Shown: positions 52,315-62,628 of the stretch, one piece after another
Layout: the number at the start of each line of letters is the position of its first letter
Numbering within the stretch: position 1 is the first letter of the stretch
NCBI GenBank assembly: GCA_016212295.1
Contig: JACRGO010000237.1
Coordinates: 215-64,214 of the forward strand
Length of the DNA: 64,000 bases
DNA from: Nitrospinota bacterium
GTDB taxonomy: Bacteria; Nitrospinota; Nitrospinia; JACRGO01
Reading direction: 5' to 3'
Translations under genes and position numbers: made by a program
The notes under the pieces: model-generated
What the model saw: the letters and a program-made list of their open reading frames with translations, nothing else
Told to the model about the DNA's origin: nothing
The model's database searches: none

Positions 52315-53578
52315 TTAATAAGCAGTCAAACAATTCATGAAGCTCCTCGGCCTTCTCATGCGATCCCTCAACGGGGCCGTCAATGTCCATGCCGCGGAAT
52401 TTATCGAAGACCCTTTGGGCCTCTACCTCCATTGTGGAATATATGCGTTGAATTTTTTTGTCGTGGAAGGGGTAATCGATAAAGTAAGGACTCCGCCCGT
52501 TCAGGTTGAGTTTTTGGACGTATCTTTTGTACATGGGCGTCCCGGCGTATAAAAAGACCTTGTGGGAAAGGAGCTGCGCCGCGTTGGTGGCGCAACGGAC
52601 CAGGCCGTTTCTCCGAAGGAACTTTAAATTTTCCCCTAATTCGGCCAGGGTCACCTCCGGATCGAACATGATGAACCCCGTGGAGAGTTTTATCCTTCTA
52701 TCCTGTATCAAGGCGATGGCCCTTTCATTCTGGTCCACCGTGGTCCTTTTATGAAAACGGTCCAAGGCGGATTGCGCGCCGGACTCAACCCCCAGAAAAA
52801 CTTCCGTGAGCCCTGCTTCCGCCAGGGGATCAATGGCGTCCGGCGAAACAGAATCGGCCCGGCATTCCAGTCCGAAGGGAATCCGGCGGCCTCTTTTCAT
52901 TATCTCCTTCGCCAATCCTGCGGCGTATATCCCTGCCTGCTTGCCTGGAGGAAAAAAGCAGGGATCAACAAAATATACCTTTTTAAATCCCTCCGCGACC
53001 CGTTGTTCCATCTCGTCCACTATGCCACGGGCGTCTCTCCCCTTGTAGCCATCGAAGAACCTCCCAGCGTAACAAAAGGTGCAATTTCCCCAGCAACCCT
53101 TGGACCCCAGCATAGGGGCGCATTCCCCTTTCTTTATCCTTGGGAAAGGGCCTGCGGTGCTCCCTTCTCCTAAAGGGTCCCCTTCAATGATGGAATCCAC
53201 GAAGGGAAATTCCCTCAGCAATTCATCCTTGAAAAAAGTCGGGTAGTAACCGAACAGGAAAAGCCTTGCCCTGGAAGAAGCCCTGATTTTCCGCAGGCTC
53301 TCCAGTATTTTCCCGGTGTTTTCCCATTGGAACAATAAATTCACATATATTTCTTCCGGTTTCATTTCGAGGAGGCGATTTTCAAAGGCGTCCAGGTCGC
53401 GCTCCCCGGAAGCGTCAAAATATCCGGCATCCAATCCCTGTTTTTTCAGCCTGGAGCAGGCGTATCCTGGCAAGAGACAAGAGGCAAGGGGGGCGTTGGA
53501 GACCACGTTGAAGTATCTCTGGGGCCGCAGGGCCGGGGGATCCACCACCACGGCGCGGGTTGATTTTAAGAACGGCAT
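52256..53578 (-). CDS. B12-binding-domain radical SAM protein
   Basis: 440 aa. It has an N-terminal cobalamin-binding-like domain and a 'CWGNCTFC' Cx3Cx2C radical SAM motif. Confidence 0.75.
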   Translation of the reverse strand: MPFLKSTRAVVVDPPALRPQRYFNVVSNAPLASCLLPGYACSRLKKQGLDAGYFDASGERDLDAFENRLLEMKPEEIYVNLLFQWENTGKILESLRKIRASSRARLFLFGYYPTFFKDELLREFPFVDSIIEGDPLGEGSTAGPFPRIKKGECAPMLGSKGCWGNCTFCYAGRFFDGYKGRDARGIVDEMEQRVAEGFKKVYFVDPCFFPPGKQAGIYAAGLAKEIMKRGRRIPFGLECRADSVSPDAIDPLAEAGLTEVFLGVESGAQSALDRFHKRTTVDQNERAIALIQDRRIKLSTGFIMFDPEVTLAELGENLKFLRRNGLVRCATNAAQLLSHKVFLYAGTPMYKRYVQKLNLNGRSPYFIDYPFHDKKIQRIYSTMEVEAQRVFDKFRGMDIDGPVEGSHEKAEELHELFDCLLNEKSPGFEKRTGPQGNPAH

Positions 53579-53882
53579 CTTTTTTGCTTAACAAAATAGA
53601 GGATAAAAATCAGCCACGAATGAACACGAAGTTTCACGAATTTTTAAAAATTTCTTTTAAATTAGCGCCCCTTAGTATTCATTCGCGGCTAAATAACATT
53701 TTTGTTCTATAATTTTTCCATACTTTTTAAAAAGGATAGACCGGATGTCGCCAACTTGTCAATTCTTGTTTTTATTATCGCGATACCTTTTTCACGTAAG
53801 GCCGTCTAATAATTTGTGGCTTTTTCTGGAAAAAAACATTATACTTAATAAAGAAAAACTAGCCTTAATTAAGGGGAAAAAA

Positions 53883-54662
53883 ATGAAAAAATCCTTATTT
53901 TTAGGGATCGTTATAATGGGCCTTTTAGGGATAAGCGCCTCCGCCGTTTATTCGCAGGAAACCATTACAACCGACCTCAAGAAAAAAATCAAGGAAATAG
54001 AAGTCAGGGGAAATGTAACTGTCCCAACGGATATAGTTCTCCCTCTTATCCACTTGAAAGTCGGGGATTACTTCAGTGAAGAGGCGCTCAAGGAAAACAT
54101 CAGCAGCATACTGAAACTCGGTGAGTTCGAGGGCGTGGAGGCAAGGCAGGTGGATGTCCCAGGGGGCATTAACCTCCTGTTTTTTGTCAAGGAGATAGAT
54201 AAACGCGTCCAGGCCATCAAGATAAAGGGAAACATGAAGACAAGACGTGATGAAATCAGGGGCCGCCTTCTGATTAACGAAGGGGACAAATACAACTACC
54301 AGTTGGTCCAGGAAGAAATTTCACGTCTTTACGGCACGCAGCAATTTGAAAAAGTCGAGGTTATCAAGAAGGATATTCCAGGTGGACTGGAACTCACTTA
54401 TGTGGTGACGGAGTTCCCCACGGTATCTGATCTTCCAACATCCACGAAATACGGCCCTGTAAAGTTTCAAACCCTGCCTTCCAAACCAGGGATACCTTAT
54501 GTAAGGTCCACCTCGGTTCCAGGCTTCACCGACAACGAAGACAAATTCCCCTTCATGAATAGAACGCCGGATTATTATAAGGATGAATTCTATACCGGAT
54601 CAAAACAGGGGCCTTTGATGTTCAGCATCGGCGCCTCCCACAATTTCCTGGGCTCCAAATAA
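53883..54662 (+). CDS. POTRA-domain protein (Omp85/TpsB-like N-terminal region) lacking a beta-barrel
   Basis: It has a signal peptide and two POTRA-like units ('IKEIEVRGNVTVPTDIVLPLIHLKVGDYFSEEALKENISSI' and 'IKIKGNMKTRRDEIRGRLLINEGDKYNYQLVQEEISRL'). It ends where a barrel would begin and overlaps the downstream minus-strand ORF. Confidence 0.55.
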   Translation: MKKSLFLGIVIMGLLGISASAVYSQETITTDLKKKIKEIEVRGNVTVPTDIVLPLIHLKVGDYFSEEALKENISSILKLGEFEGVEARQVDVPGGINLLFFVKEIDKRVQAIKIKGNMKTRRDEIRGRLLINEGDKYNYQLVQEEISRLYGTQQFEKVEVIKKDIPGGLELTYVVTEFPTVSDLPTSTKYGPVKFQTLPSKPGIPYVRSTSVPGFTDNEDKFPFMNRTPDYYKDEFYTGSKQGPLMFSIGASHNFLGSK

Positions 54663-55778
54663 ATCGTCAAATTTGTATTCTTCGGTTAAAAATGAGTTCA
54701 AGGCCATGTGGATAAGGCGGGGGTTCAGTCCGCGCTTGAGTCCCAAGCATATCTTTTCAAACATCTTCATCTTTATTTGAAGTTCATCCATCAGCGCCTT
54801 CTTTTTGTTTTTTAAAACCTCATCCGCATCCAACGGCATCCAGCCGTCCACCGCCATCAACAGGCCCTGATTCCAGTAAGGGGTTGACCCTTCAGCATAA
54901 GTTTCCAGGATCAATATGCCCTCATGTCTTGCCTTGCACACATACGCGACTATATTTTTTATAACCTCCCCATCGTTCATGGCATCGGTGATTGGCTTGG
55001 GTTCCTGCCGGCTTGTTTCCTCAAAAAACGCCTCGGCGGTTAATGGAGCGTCCGGAAACAACGAATTGAGTTTTTTCATTAGCAAATAGGGGTTGTCCCC
55101 ATCGCCAAGCCCTCTAATTCCAATTCGCATCATTTCCAATCTCCGCCCGGATTCGTATAAAACGGACCGGCGTTTTTTCTCCGCTTCCGAAACTATTTGC
55201 CCGGCGGAGCAATCATCCAGGGTCATTTCAAAGAGATACCTGCTGAAGGGATCTTTTATTTTGTCCATGATCGCGTCAAGAACAAGGGGGCTCTCTCTTC
55301 GGACTTCCCGGCAGACAGGGAGCCAGTATTTCATGATTTCCTTAAAGGAAGCCTTGGTTAAATAAAATTCTCCCATTTCCTCCCTGTCCCCTGATTTTTC
55401 CCGTTCTTCTTTATAGTCCCCAATTAAAACTTCCTTTTCCTGGCGCAAAATTATGTAACCCCTTTCTTCATATTTTCTGACGAGGCCAAGGATTTTTTCT
55501 TGAACTTCCTTGATCTCCTTTAAAAAGGGATATTTATCCGCGCTGGATTCATGAAATCGAGTATATTCCGCTAAAATGTATTCAATGGAACGCCTCCTTA
55601 CCCGGTTTACATTGTTTAAAACCCTTATTTGAAGTTGCTCAGGCTCATTTAACATGGCCAGGGCGATGGTATCATTGAGGAGCCCGTCCTCCCCGGAAGC
55701 GCCCCACAAAACTATTTGCAACGACCTGTCATCAAGAAGCCTCAGAATCTCTATTCCGTGTTTTTCAAATGGGTCCAT
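54600..55778 (-). CDS. hypothetical protein
   Basis: 392 aa, helical and soluble, with no recognisable motif. Confidence 0.4.
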   Translation of the reverse strand: MDPFEKHGIEILRLLDDRSLQIVLWGASGEDGLLNDTIALAMLNEPEQLQIRVLNNVNRVRRRSIEYILAEYTRFHESSADKYPFLKEIKEVQEKILGLVRKYEERGYIILRQEKEVLIGDYKEEREKSGDREEMGEFYLTKASFKEIMKYWLPVCREVRRESPLVLDAIMDKIKDPFSRYLFEMTLDDCSAGQIVSEAEKKRRSVLYESGRRLEMMRIGIRGLGDGDNPYLLMKKLNSLFPDAPLTAEAFFEETSRQEPKPITDAMNDGEVIKNIVAYVCKARHEGILILETYAEGSTPYWNQGLLMAVDGWMPLDADEVLKNKKKALMDELQIKMKMFEKICLGLKRGLNPRLIHMALNSFLTEEYKFDDLFGAQEIVGGADAEHQRPLF

Positions 55779-56057
55779 TTAACGCCTATTTTCGTTTTTC
55801 TTTAAAACAACTTTAAAATCTCGCTTATTCTTCCTGATCATCCTGGAATATAAACGATAAGGCAATGCCAATGGCTGAGCCCAAAGGAAGGCCCAATGCA
55901 GTATTGTCCACAGCCAATCCCAACGTGGACAAGCCACAACCAAACAAGGTTAGAAATATTTTGCCAAAATTGGTTGAAATATTATTGATAAGACACTAAT
56001 GAAAGGCCAATGGAAATGCCAATTAGAAACCAGAATGAATCCATTATGTAATTTTTT

Positions 56058-56960
56058 TTATTCCATCTTAATCATAGCTTTAATATTTATAGCCGACAGC
56101 CCTTCCTGCTCGTCAATAATGTCCAGGGCGCCAATGCCGTTGATGGATTTGGCCCCCGCCATTAGCTTCAATATGAAGTCGTCCTTTTCCCCGCTAAAGG
56201 GAAAGGCATAAACGGAGGTATGCTGTGTGGAATCGTAAGTCCTCTTGGGGCTTTTCCCTGCGGCCTCCCTGATTATTTGCGAAAATCTGATGGAGGTCTC
56301 GGAATCAAGGACATTGGATATCAGGAGATGAATGGATTTGCCGTTCTTCGCCATGTCATTTATCTTCTCCTGGATTTTAGTGGTCAGGAACGCGGCTGTA
56401 TCCCTGGCCGCCTTGATTTTCGCTGTTTTCATGCTGCTCCCCATGCCGGTCTTATTCCCGGTAAGCACGGCCAGAACGTCCGCGCTTTTGGGGTCCACCA
56501 CCTTCAGTTCTTCCACGATGAGCTTGACCACGTAAAACCCTGAGTCCTTTCCCATGTCCTGAAACTCATGATTCGCGGATACGGTGTAATCCGCGGAAAG
56601 CGCGCCTGCCAGGGAGTTGAGCACCTTGGATTCGCTCTCCGCCAATGCGCCTTTTGAGAGTTCCGCGTCATCGTATTTTTCCTGAAGCGACCCCATGACG
56701 GTTTCCTGTACGCCCTTGTCCCGCAACTGGCTAGCGTAATGTTCTTTCGCTTTTTTGAGATCGCTGTCGGCAACAACCCTAAAGCCCTGTTTCTGAAACT
56801 CCGACTGAAAGGCTGTGGAGAGGGTGGCGTCTTTGCTGTAAAAAAGGAAGAGGGGGGAGGGCGTGTTATCCTGGGCTTGGGCGAAGTCAGGACCAGGCAC
56901 AAAGGCACAGAGGCACAAAGGCAGAAAGATAAAAAAATTAAAGAATCGTTTTAATGACAT
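56058..56960 (-). CDS. secreted (lipo)protein, LPP20/FlgP-like domain(s)
   Basis: It has a signal peptide ('FIFLPLCLCAF'). Segments such as 'GFYVVKLIVEEL' and 'AKIKAARDTAAFLTTKIQEKI' resemble LPP20-family lipoproteins. Confidence 0.4.
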   Translation of the reverse strand: MSLKRFFNFFIFLPLCLCAFVPGPDFAQAQDNTPSPLFLFYSKDATLSTAFQSEFQKQGFRVVADSDLKKAKEHYASQLRDKGVQETVMGSLQEKYDDAELSKGALAESESKVLNSLAGALSADYTVSANHEFQDMGKDSGFYVVKLIVEELKVVDPKSADVLAVLTGNKTGMGSSMKTAKIKAARDTAAFLTTKIQEKINDMAKNGKSIHLLISNVLDSETSIRFSQIIREAAGKSPKRTYDSTQHTSVYAFPFSGEKDDFILKLMAGAKSINGIGALDIIDEQEGLSAINIKAMIKME

Positions 56961-57098
56961 TTTTAACGGCTCCTTGTTCAGGGTTCAGGGTTCAGGGTTC
57001 AGGGTTGGAAGAACCCTGGCCTTTTAATTTTTGATGGTTAATTGGATATAAAAGACGCCGTGTAACCGGTAACCGTGAACCATGAACGCTTACCAAAT

Positions 57099-58331
57099 TC
57101 ACAAGCCACCGAATTTGTCTTTCAGGACGCTTGCCAATTGCCCTTGAATGTTCTTCGTTATTTTCTCCACTTCTTTTTCAATGTCGTTTTCGTTCATGTA
57201 TGTCCCGCCTTTTTCGATGTTCGCGGTTGTTTTAAGTCCGCCCGTCGCCGTGTCGTAAACATTCAATTGAAGCGTTCCTTTTACCCCTCCCGCCGCTTCC
57301 TCCCCTTTTCGTTCCGAAATTTCCACCAGGAATTGGGCGTCGATTACATAGTTGGCCGCTTCCGCCAGGGTTTTCCCGGACCTGTCTTCAAACCAGCGCA
57401 AGGCGGCTTGATTCAGAGAGGCATCGTTGACCCAGGTTATATTCTGGCCTTCCAAAAAATTTCCCACTCCAGTCTTCAAGGCTTCCTGATGCTGGGGGTA
57501 TTTTTTGTCAGGTTGGGTCTTGGACACGATGATGAACTTTTTTGCCGCAATGCCTTTTAAATGGAAGGGGGCGAGACGGGCGGGGATGGCAACGGAGACG
57601 GTAGAATAATTCTGGCTGCCCGCATCCGTGAGCAAGGACATCTTGACCTGGTATTCGTTTCCAGCCTGGCCGATTTCCGTTTTCACGGTCCAGTGGACCG
57701 AAGCGCCCTTTTTATCAAAGACATTGGGATAGGGAGAACTCTTCGTCCATATTCCGCCCAGCGTCTTGCGGATATATTCCCCCAGCCCCGGCTCCGGCTT
57801 CCCTTGGAATACCGGCTCCTCCATGAAGAAGTTCTGGTCGATGGCGGAAAAATGCGTATCCTCCACAAGCTTTTGAAGATAATCGTCAAAATGCTCCTGG
57901 TATAGGGAAGGCCATTTGGTTTCCAGGGATTTTATTTCGTAGGAGGCCAGTTTTCCGCCGGTTTTCGTGTCGATGATCTTCGCGTACAGTTCCGCTTTTT
58001 CGCCTTTCAGGCGGATGAAACCGGTGAGCGAGTATCCTGTCTTGGCGCCTAAATAGGGGAGCATAACCCCCTTCTTGCCTTCATTCTTGAGCAGATTCAC
58101 CAACGCATCGTTCAAAAAGCGGGTCAGGGGAATAATCTTGTTTTCCTTGGTCTTGAATAGGTCGATGGAGACCAAAAGCTCGTCTTGTTTGATTTGCCTT
58201 TCCAGGTTTTGGACGATCTCGCACGCCAGAGACGCCGCGTATTCCTTTTCGTCCGCGTAGGCATGGGGAAGAAAGACTATAGTGCATAACAGTATATATA
58301 AAGGCAGTATGAATCTAAGCCTTCCAAGCAT
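57099..58331 (-). CDS. secreted hypothetical protein
   Basis: 410 aa with an N-terminal signal peptide. No family recognised. Confidence 0.4.
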   Translation of the reverse strand: MLGRLRFILPLYILLCTIVFLPHAYADEKEYAASLACEIVQNLERQIKQDELLVSIDLFKTKENKIIPLTRFLNDALVNLLKNEGKKGVMLPYLGAKTGYSLTGFIRLKGEKAELYAKIIDTKTGGKLASYEIKSLETKWPSLYQEHFDDYLQKLVEDTHFSAIDQNFFMEEPVFQGKPEPGLGEYIRKTLGGIWTKSSPYPNVFDKKGASVHWTVKTEIGQAGNEYQVKMSLLTDAGSQNYSTVSVAIPARLAPFHLKGIAAKKFIIVSKTQPDKKYPQHQEALKTGVGNFLEGQNITWVNDASLNQAALRWFEDRSGKTLAEAANYVIDAQFLVEISERKGEEAAGGVKGTLQLNVYDTATGGLKTTANIEKGGTYMNENDIEKEVEKITKNIQGQLASVLKDKFGGL

Positions 58332-58529
58332 TTGACCAAGCCCTCCTTTTTATTGATTGACATGGCGCGGCCTTTGCTTTTCCACCGCAACTTTAGCTCG
58401 CCTTGCCACTGTGGCACAGGTAAAGGACACTCCCATAGCGGCCTGCACAACCGACTCTATAAAGAGCGCATCAACCGCATTAAGGCATGTTGGTTTTTAA
58501 GCCTGCCCTGACGCGTCGGCGGCCGATTG

Positions 58530-59273
58530 TCATTTTGCCTGCCGTCCGGTATTAGGCTTATTTCCGGCGTTGCCGCCACCAACCGCATTGAACATTCCGC
58601 CAAACACACCGCCGATGGTTCCCAAAGCTTCTTGGGCCTCTTGCTTTCCCTCTTCCCGCTTTTGGGCCTTTCTCATTTTCTCTTTTTCGTCTTGCGGGAT
58701 GTCCATCTTCGCAATTTCTTGCTGTTCCTTATCTGTCAGCACGGATTCTTTTGTGAAATTTTTCAGAAGCTCGTCCGCGACTTTATCCGCCAAAAAATCA
58801 TAATCATTCTCATTTGCCTGGGCCTTCACGGAAGTGACAACCTGCTTGGAGCCAACGTCAATGAATCTTGCCGTAAGTATTAAGTTAGTTTTAGACTTCG
58901 TCAATTTGGAAACAACGATTTTGGTGGCGCCAAGGCTCTCGACCATTTTGGCTTGATCCTCTTCGCTCATTTTAAACTTTCCTCCTTCAAGAGAGGAGTC
59001 CCTTTCCTTCATGGCGAGTTGCAATTGAGAGCGTTCAAATATGACCAATTTAGTGGATCGAGAAAAAATATCTGTAAAAGTATCCACCACTCCTTTGGCA
59101 TATTCCGAGGCTCCTTCCACCGCGTTTTCGCAATCAAAAATAGCAATCTTATCTTTCTCACCCGCTACGGCGGTTCCTGAGCAGAACTGAATAATGCAGA
59201 GAAGCATTAATAAAGATGAAAGAAGCGATAGAAAAACGCCATTGATGGTTTTTATTGTTTTTTTCGCAGTCAT
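58530..59273 (-). CDS. CsgG/LpoB-fold lipoprotein
   Basis: It has a signal peptide with lipobox-like 'IQFCSG'. 'KIAIFDCEN...YAKGVVDTFTDIFSRSTKLVIFERSQLQLAMKE' matches the CsgG/LpoB-like pattern. The C-terminal tail is disordered and Gly-rich. Confidence 0.5.
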   Translation of the reverse strand: MTAKKTIKTINGVFLSLLSSLLMLLCIIQFCSGTAVAGEKDKIAIFDCENAVEGASEYAKGVVDTFTDIFSRSTKLVIFERSQLQLAMKERDSSLEGGKFKMSEEDQAKMVESLGATKIVVSKLTKSKTNLILTARFIDVGSKQVVTSVKAQANENDYDFLADKVADELLKNFTKESVLTDKEQQEIAKMDIPQDEKEKMRKAQKREEGKQEAQEALGTIGGVFGGMFNAVGGGNAGNKPNTGRQAK

Positions 59274-59578
59274 TTTATTCCTCCTGTTTTTTATTCTGTC
59301 ATGATTTTTTGGGGTATATAAAACCGGGATTCTTCGTCGCGGAATTTATACTGAGTGAAACGAATGTGCTCCTCAGTTAATATGTAGGCCGTGACAAAGC
59401 GTCGGAATCATTTTTAAAATGGATAGAAAAATCATTGCCTTTAAAAATATCACATGCCTTTCTCCTCCTCCTTTTAAAAAAATATTGGAAAATGAAATAC
59501 CGTGAAACTGCTTCATGTTTTCAATGCTTGGTTGTCCCACCCCCCTTCCTATAAAAATAAACCGATTGCCCTTATTCC

Positions 59579-60322
59579 TTATTCCATCACAACACTCATC
59601 TCCAGCTTTACCCCATTAGCATTCTCTTCCAGCCAGTTTTCCTCTGCCGTGTCCAATAATTTCATAGCGTTGTCTTTGGATAAACCGTGCTCTTTTGTCA
59701 GTTTCTTTAAAAGATCTTGCTTCGCCGCCCTGCGCGTGTTTTCTTTCATGGTTCGAATCAATCCTATCTCGTCTTTGTCCGCATGATAATCACGCAGGGT
59801 TTTAACCTTCTTTTTTTGAGACTCCAGATCCAATTCAAAAAAATACTGCTTGGTGTTAGACAGGACCTTGCCGTCTTTTCTGTTTATGGCCTTATAAGAG
59901 AGACGGACCCCTTTTTCTTCCGCCCACATGCTTCCCACAATCAAGAGGTCAATTCCAACCTTGGATAAGTATTCCTCCCCATCTTCATCTTTTGAGCCAA
60001 AACGCTCATTTTCCTTTGCCAGCTTTTCCAGGTCCGCTCGTTCCACGAAGGCATGATTTTTTCCGCCCCTTGTAATGAGAGCGGACATCAAGCCGTCGTT
60101 AAACTTTTTTGCTGTTTCAGGGGAAATAGGTCCCTCTTTTTTTTCGAATTCCCGAATGCCGATTTTAAAGGAACTGTTGAGTGGGGATAAAATTTCTTCC
60201 GCCATCTGACTGAAGTTAGTCTCGTATGCGGTTTGGCCGGCAAAGGAGGGTGGAGAAAAAAAGAGGTAAAAAATAAAGAGGTAAAAAATCAGCCTGGTTT
60301 TCAAGATCGAGGTTTTATTCAT
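59579..60322 (-). CDS. CsgG/LpoB-fold lipoprotein paralog
   Basis: The likely start is MNKTSIL (internal Met of ORF 59579..60514), with a signal peptide. 'KIGIREFEKKEG...FNDGLMSALITRGGKNHAFVERADLEKLAKE...GIDLLIVGSM' shows the same fold signature as 58530..59273. Confidence 0.5.
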   Translation of the reverse strand: MNKTSILKTRLIFYLFIFYLFFSPPSFAGQTAYETNFSQMAEEILSPLNSSFKIGIREFEKKEGPISPETAKKFNDGLMSALITRGGKNHAFVERADLEKLAKENERFGSKDEDGEEYLSKVGIDLLIVGSMWAEEKGVRLSYKAINRKDGKVLSNTKQYFFELDLESQKKKVKTLRDYHADKDEIGLIRTMKENTRRAAKQDLLKKLTKEHGLSKDNAMKLLDTAEENWLEENANGVKLEMSVVME

Positions 60323-60361
60323 TTGACAACCCTTTCCGTTTTCTTTTAAGATTAAACCATT

Positions 60362-60835
60362 ATGAGAATTAAACTCTTCCATAAAAGCCTCTTCCCTGTT
60401 TTCGCCTTTGTCTGGCTTTCTTTCTCCCCTAATCCCGGTTTTGCCGTGGAGACCGCGCCCAGAATAACCGACCGCGAGATCGTGGAAAAATTGTCCCGGC
60501 TGGAAGAAGGGCAAAAAAGCATTGATAAACGGTTTGAGGATGTTAATAAGCGCATCGACGATCTTCGCTCCGAGATGAACAACCGGTTTAACGACCTGAA
60601 CCAGCGGTTCAGCGTCCTGCAGTGGATGTTCGGTGTATTCATTACCATCGCCCTCGCTATTTTCGCGGCCATCGCCAGGGTTTTATGGGACCAGAACCGA
60701 AGCCGCGCCGCCCATGAAAAAATCATCCAAAACCTGTCCGGCGAAATAGAATCCCTCAAGCAAACCGACCTTAAACTCATGGACCAGATCCGGGCCCTTA
60801 TCGAGGCCCTCAAGCCTCCCAGGGGGGTTTTGTGA
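60362..60835 (+). CDS. DUF1640-like coiled-coil protein with C-terminal TM helix
   Basis: 157 aa. 'IDKRFEDVNKRIDDLRSEMNNRFNDLNQRFSVLQWMFGVFITIALAIFAAI' is a paralog of 5488..5940. Confidence 0.5.
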   Translation: MRIKLFHKSLFPVFAFVWLSFSPNPGFAVETAPRITDREIVEKLSRLEEGQKSIDKRFEDVNKRIDDLRSEMNNRFNDLNQRFSVLQWMFGVFITIALAIFAAIARVLWDQNRSRAAHEKIIQNLSGEIESLKQTDLKLMDQIRALIEALKPPRGVL

Positions 60836-60997
60836 AATAACCCTCCCCTCCCGTGCTACAAACAACCTATAAAACTTTGTTTTTTTAGCAAAGTTTTTTC
60901 CAGTTCAAGTTTAAAGTGACTAAAGTTTAAAGTGAGCTAACGTTGCGCGGTATAAAAGCAATTTTTTATTTTTTAACTTTAGGCGCTTTAGTTCACT

Positions 60998-61618
60998 TTA
61001 AGCCGCCGGCAAATAATCATTCAGCAGCCTGCTTATCTCTCTTCCTATCTCCCTTGCCGTGTCGATTAAGGTTTCGCGGACGGCGAGGTCCACGTCCGCC
61101 AGGCGCGCATCAGGCCCCATTTCCCTGTACCCCTCCTTGGAAAGTTTCGCAATTATCTTTTTCTTTTTCGCGTCTATGGCCCACGAGTCTATGGAGACAT
61201 TGACGTTCTTGTCTCCCTCTCCCGTCTTTCCCCGTTTACGGACCTGAATGTCCAGAAAAAGAACGATGTTTCTTTTTTCCCGCTTAGAGACCCGGACCCC
61301 CTCGTTAATCATGTCGATCTCTCCTCGGGCGGTAAACTCGCTGGCCACTACGGAGGGATAGGCAACATTGATAAGAATCTCCCGGAGGGCGTTGGTTATT
61401 TCGCCGCCGACCGCCAAAGCCAGATCCGAGTTGTGAGACAGGGACTGGTTGGTTCTCTTATAGAACTCCATGACCGCCGCCGCTCTGTCAAAGGAATCCT
61501 TGTCCGTGTAAATTCCGGCTGCCGTTTTATCCGTGGCCGTGGCAATCGGATGTTTTGAGGCGCACCCGGAGGCAAGGAGCGCTGCGATAGCCGCCGCGCA
61601 TAAAGACATTTTTTTCAT
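60998..61618 (-). CDS. lipoprotein
   Basis: The likely start is MKKMSLCAAAIAALLASGC, a classic lipobox. The mature protein is about 190 aa and of unknown family. Confidence 0.5.
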   Translation of the reverse strand: MKKMSLCAAAIAALLASGCASKHPIATATDKTAAGIYTDKDSFDRAAAVMEFYKRTNQSLSHNSDLALAVGGEITNALREILINVAYPSVVASEFTARGEIDMINEGVRVSKREKRNIVLFLDIQVRKRGKTGEGDKNVNVSIDSWAIDAKKKKIIAKLSKEGYREMGPDARLADVDLAVRETLIDTAREIGREISRLLNDYLPAA

Positions 61619-61713
61619 AAAAATCCTCTCTTTTGAAATGAGTCGTGTGTCATGAGTCATGTGTCGTGCGATCTTCGTCCTTCGTGATTCGCCCTTCGTC
61701 TCTCGTCCCTTTA

Positions 61714-62628
61714 TCAATTGGACTGGCGGACGCGGATTTTCGATAGCGTCATTTCCGTTCCCTGTGTGCTTGTTGAGACCGGAATCTTCAAGTCCTTCAA
61801 AATCAGATCAAATTCCGACGTCAATTTGGACTGGTCCGCCGTGGACCGGTATTCCACTTCGGCCGCGGTCGGCGTTTGCTTGAGCTGGCGATGGGAGACA
61901 TAGCCTTCCACTTTGGAAAAGGAGTCCAAAACATCCTCAAGCTCTCCGGTCTCAAATTTTTTAAAGGTGAGCGTGTAGATGCGCCCGCTCTCCTCTAATT
62001 TACTCCTGTTTTTTCCGCCCTTATCCATGAATCCCGGCGCCTGGCCTCCGCCTCCCCCGCCTCCGACATGGGCCTTGATTTGCAAGCCGAGCTCTTTCGC
62101 GGCCTGGGCCGCCACGTCCTTGGCCGATTCCCCTGCGGCATCCATGATCTGGGGTTTCTGAAATGGGGCGCGCACCGTAACCGGCACCTCGGTGGTCACG
62201 TCCACCTTTCCAATGGTCCTGGCGGATTTATCGACAAAAAACGCCTCCAAAAAAATTTGCGCCCTTACTTTTTTGAATCCCCCTGTATCTTCCAGCCACG
62301 GGGTAACCTGAAAGATGACGGCGATGTCGCAATGGGCCGCCTGCGCGATTCCCGCCAGCTCCGCTTTGTTTCTGGCCCCTTCCGTGTAAGTGTCTTTCAC
62401 GGCCACAACTTCGTCCTTCACTTCAAAATCAAAATCCTGGATAAGGATGTCGGTGATCTCCGTCAGCGTCTGCTGGAATGTCCTGCTTTCGCGGGAAAGG
62501 GACTCCGGAAATTCCTTTTGCCCGAAAAACATCATGACAGGCTTGTCATACGCGAAAGAGGGCATGGGCGCGGCAAATAAAACAGCCGAAAAAATGGACA
62601 AAAACAAAACCATGATTTTTGTTCTCAT
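61714..62628 (-). CDS. secreted hypothetical protein with Gly-rich linker
   Basis: The likely start is MRTKIMVLFLSIFSAVLFAAPMPSFA (signal peptide). It has a 'GGGGGGQAPG' linker and overlaps the downstream lipoprotein gene by 4 nt. Confidence 0.45.
   Translation of the reverse strand: MRTKIMVLFLSIFSAVLFAAPMPSFAYDKPVMMFFGQKEFPESLSRESRTFQQTLTEITDILIQDFDFEVKDEVVAVKDTYTEGARNKAELAGIAQAAHCDIAVIFQVTPWLEDTGGFKKVRAQIFLEAFFVDKSARTIGKVDVTTEVPVTVRAPFQKPQIMDAAGESAKDVAAQAAKELGLQIKAHVGGGGGGGQAPGFMDKGGKNRSKLEESGRIYTLTFKKFETGELEDVLDSFSKVEGYVSHRQLKQTPTAAEVEYRSTADQSKLTSEFDLILKDLKIPVSTSTQGTEMTLSKIRVRQSN

Noticed and set aside
56870-56935. Another 'CACAAAG' repeat copy (ggcacaaaggcacagaggcacaaaggcag)
   Set aside because: It lies inside the signal-peptide coding region of ORF 56058..56960 (LCLCAF codons). 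The similarity is most likely fortuitous.
56976-57003. Telomere-like (TTCAGGG)x4 tandem
   Set aside because: It has only four units, sits in an ordinary intergenic spacer of a bacterial chromosome, and is part of the GTTCAGGG dispersed repeat family.
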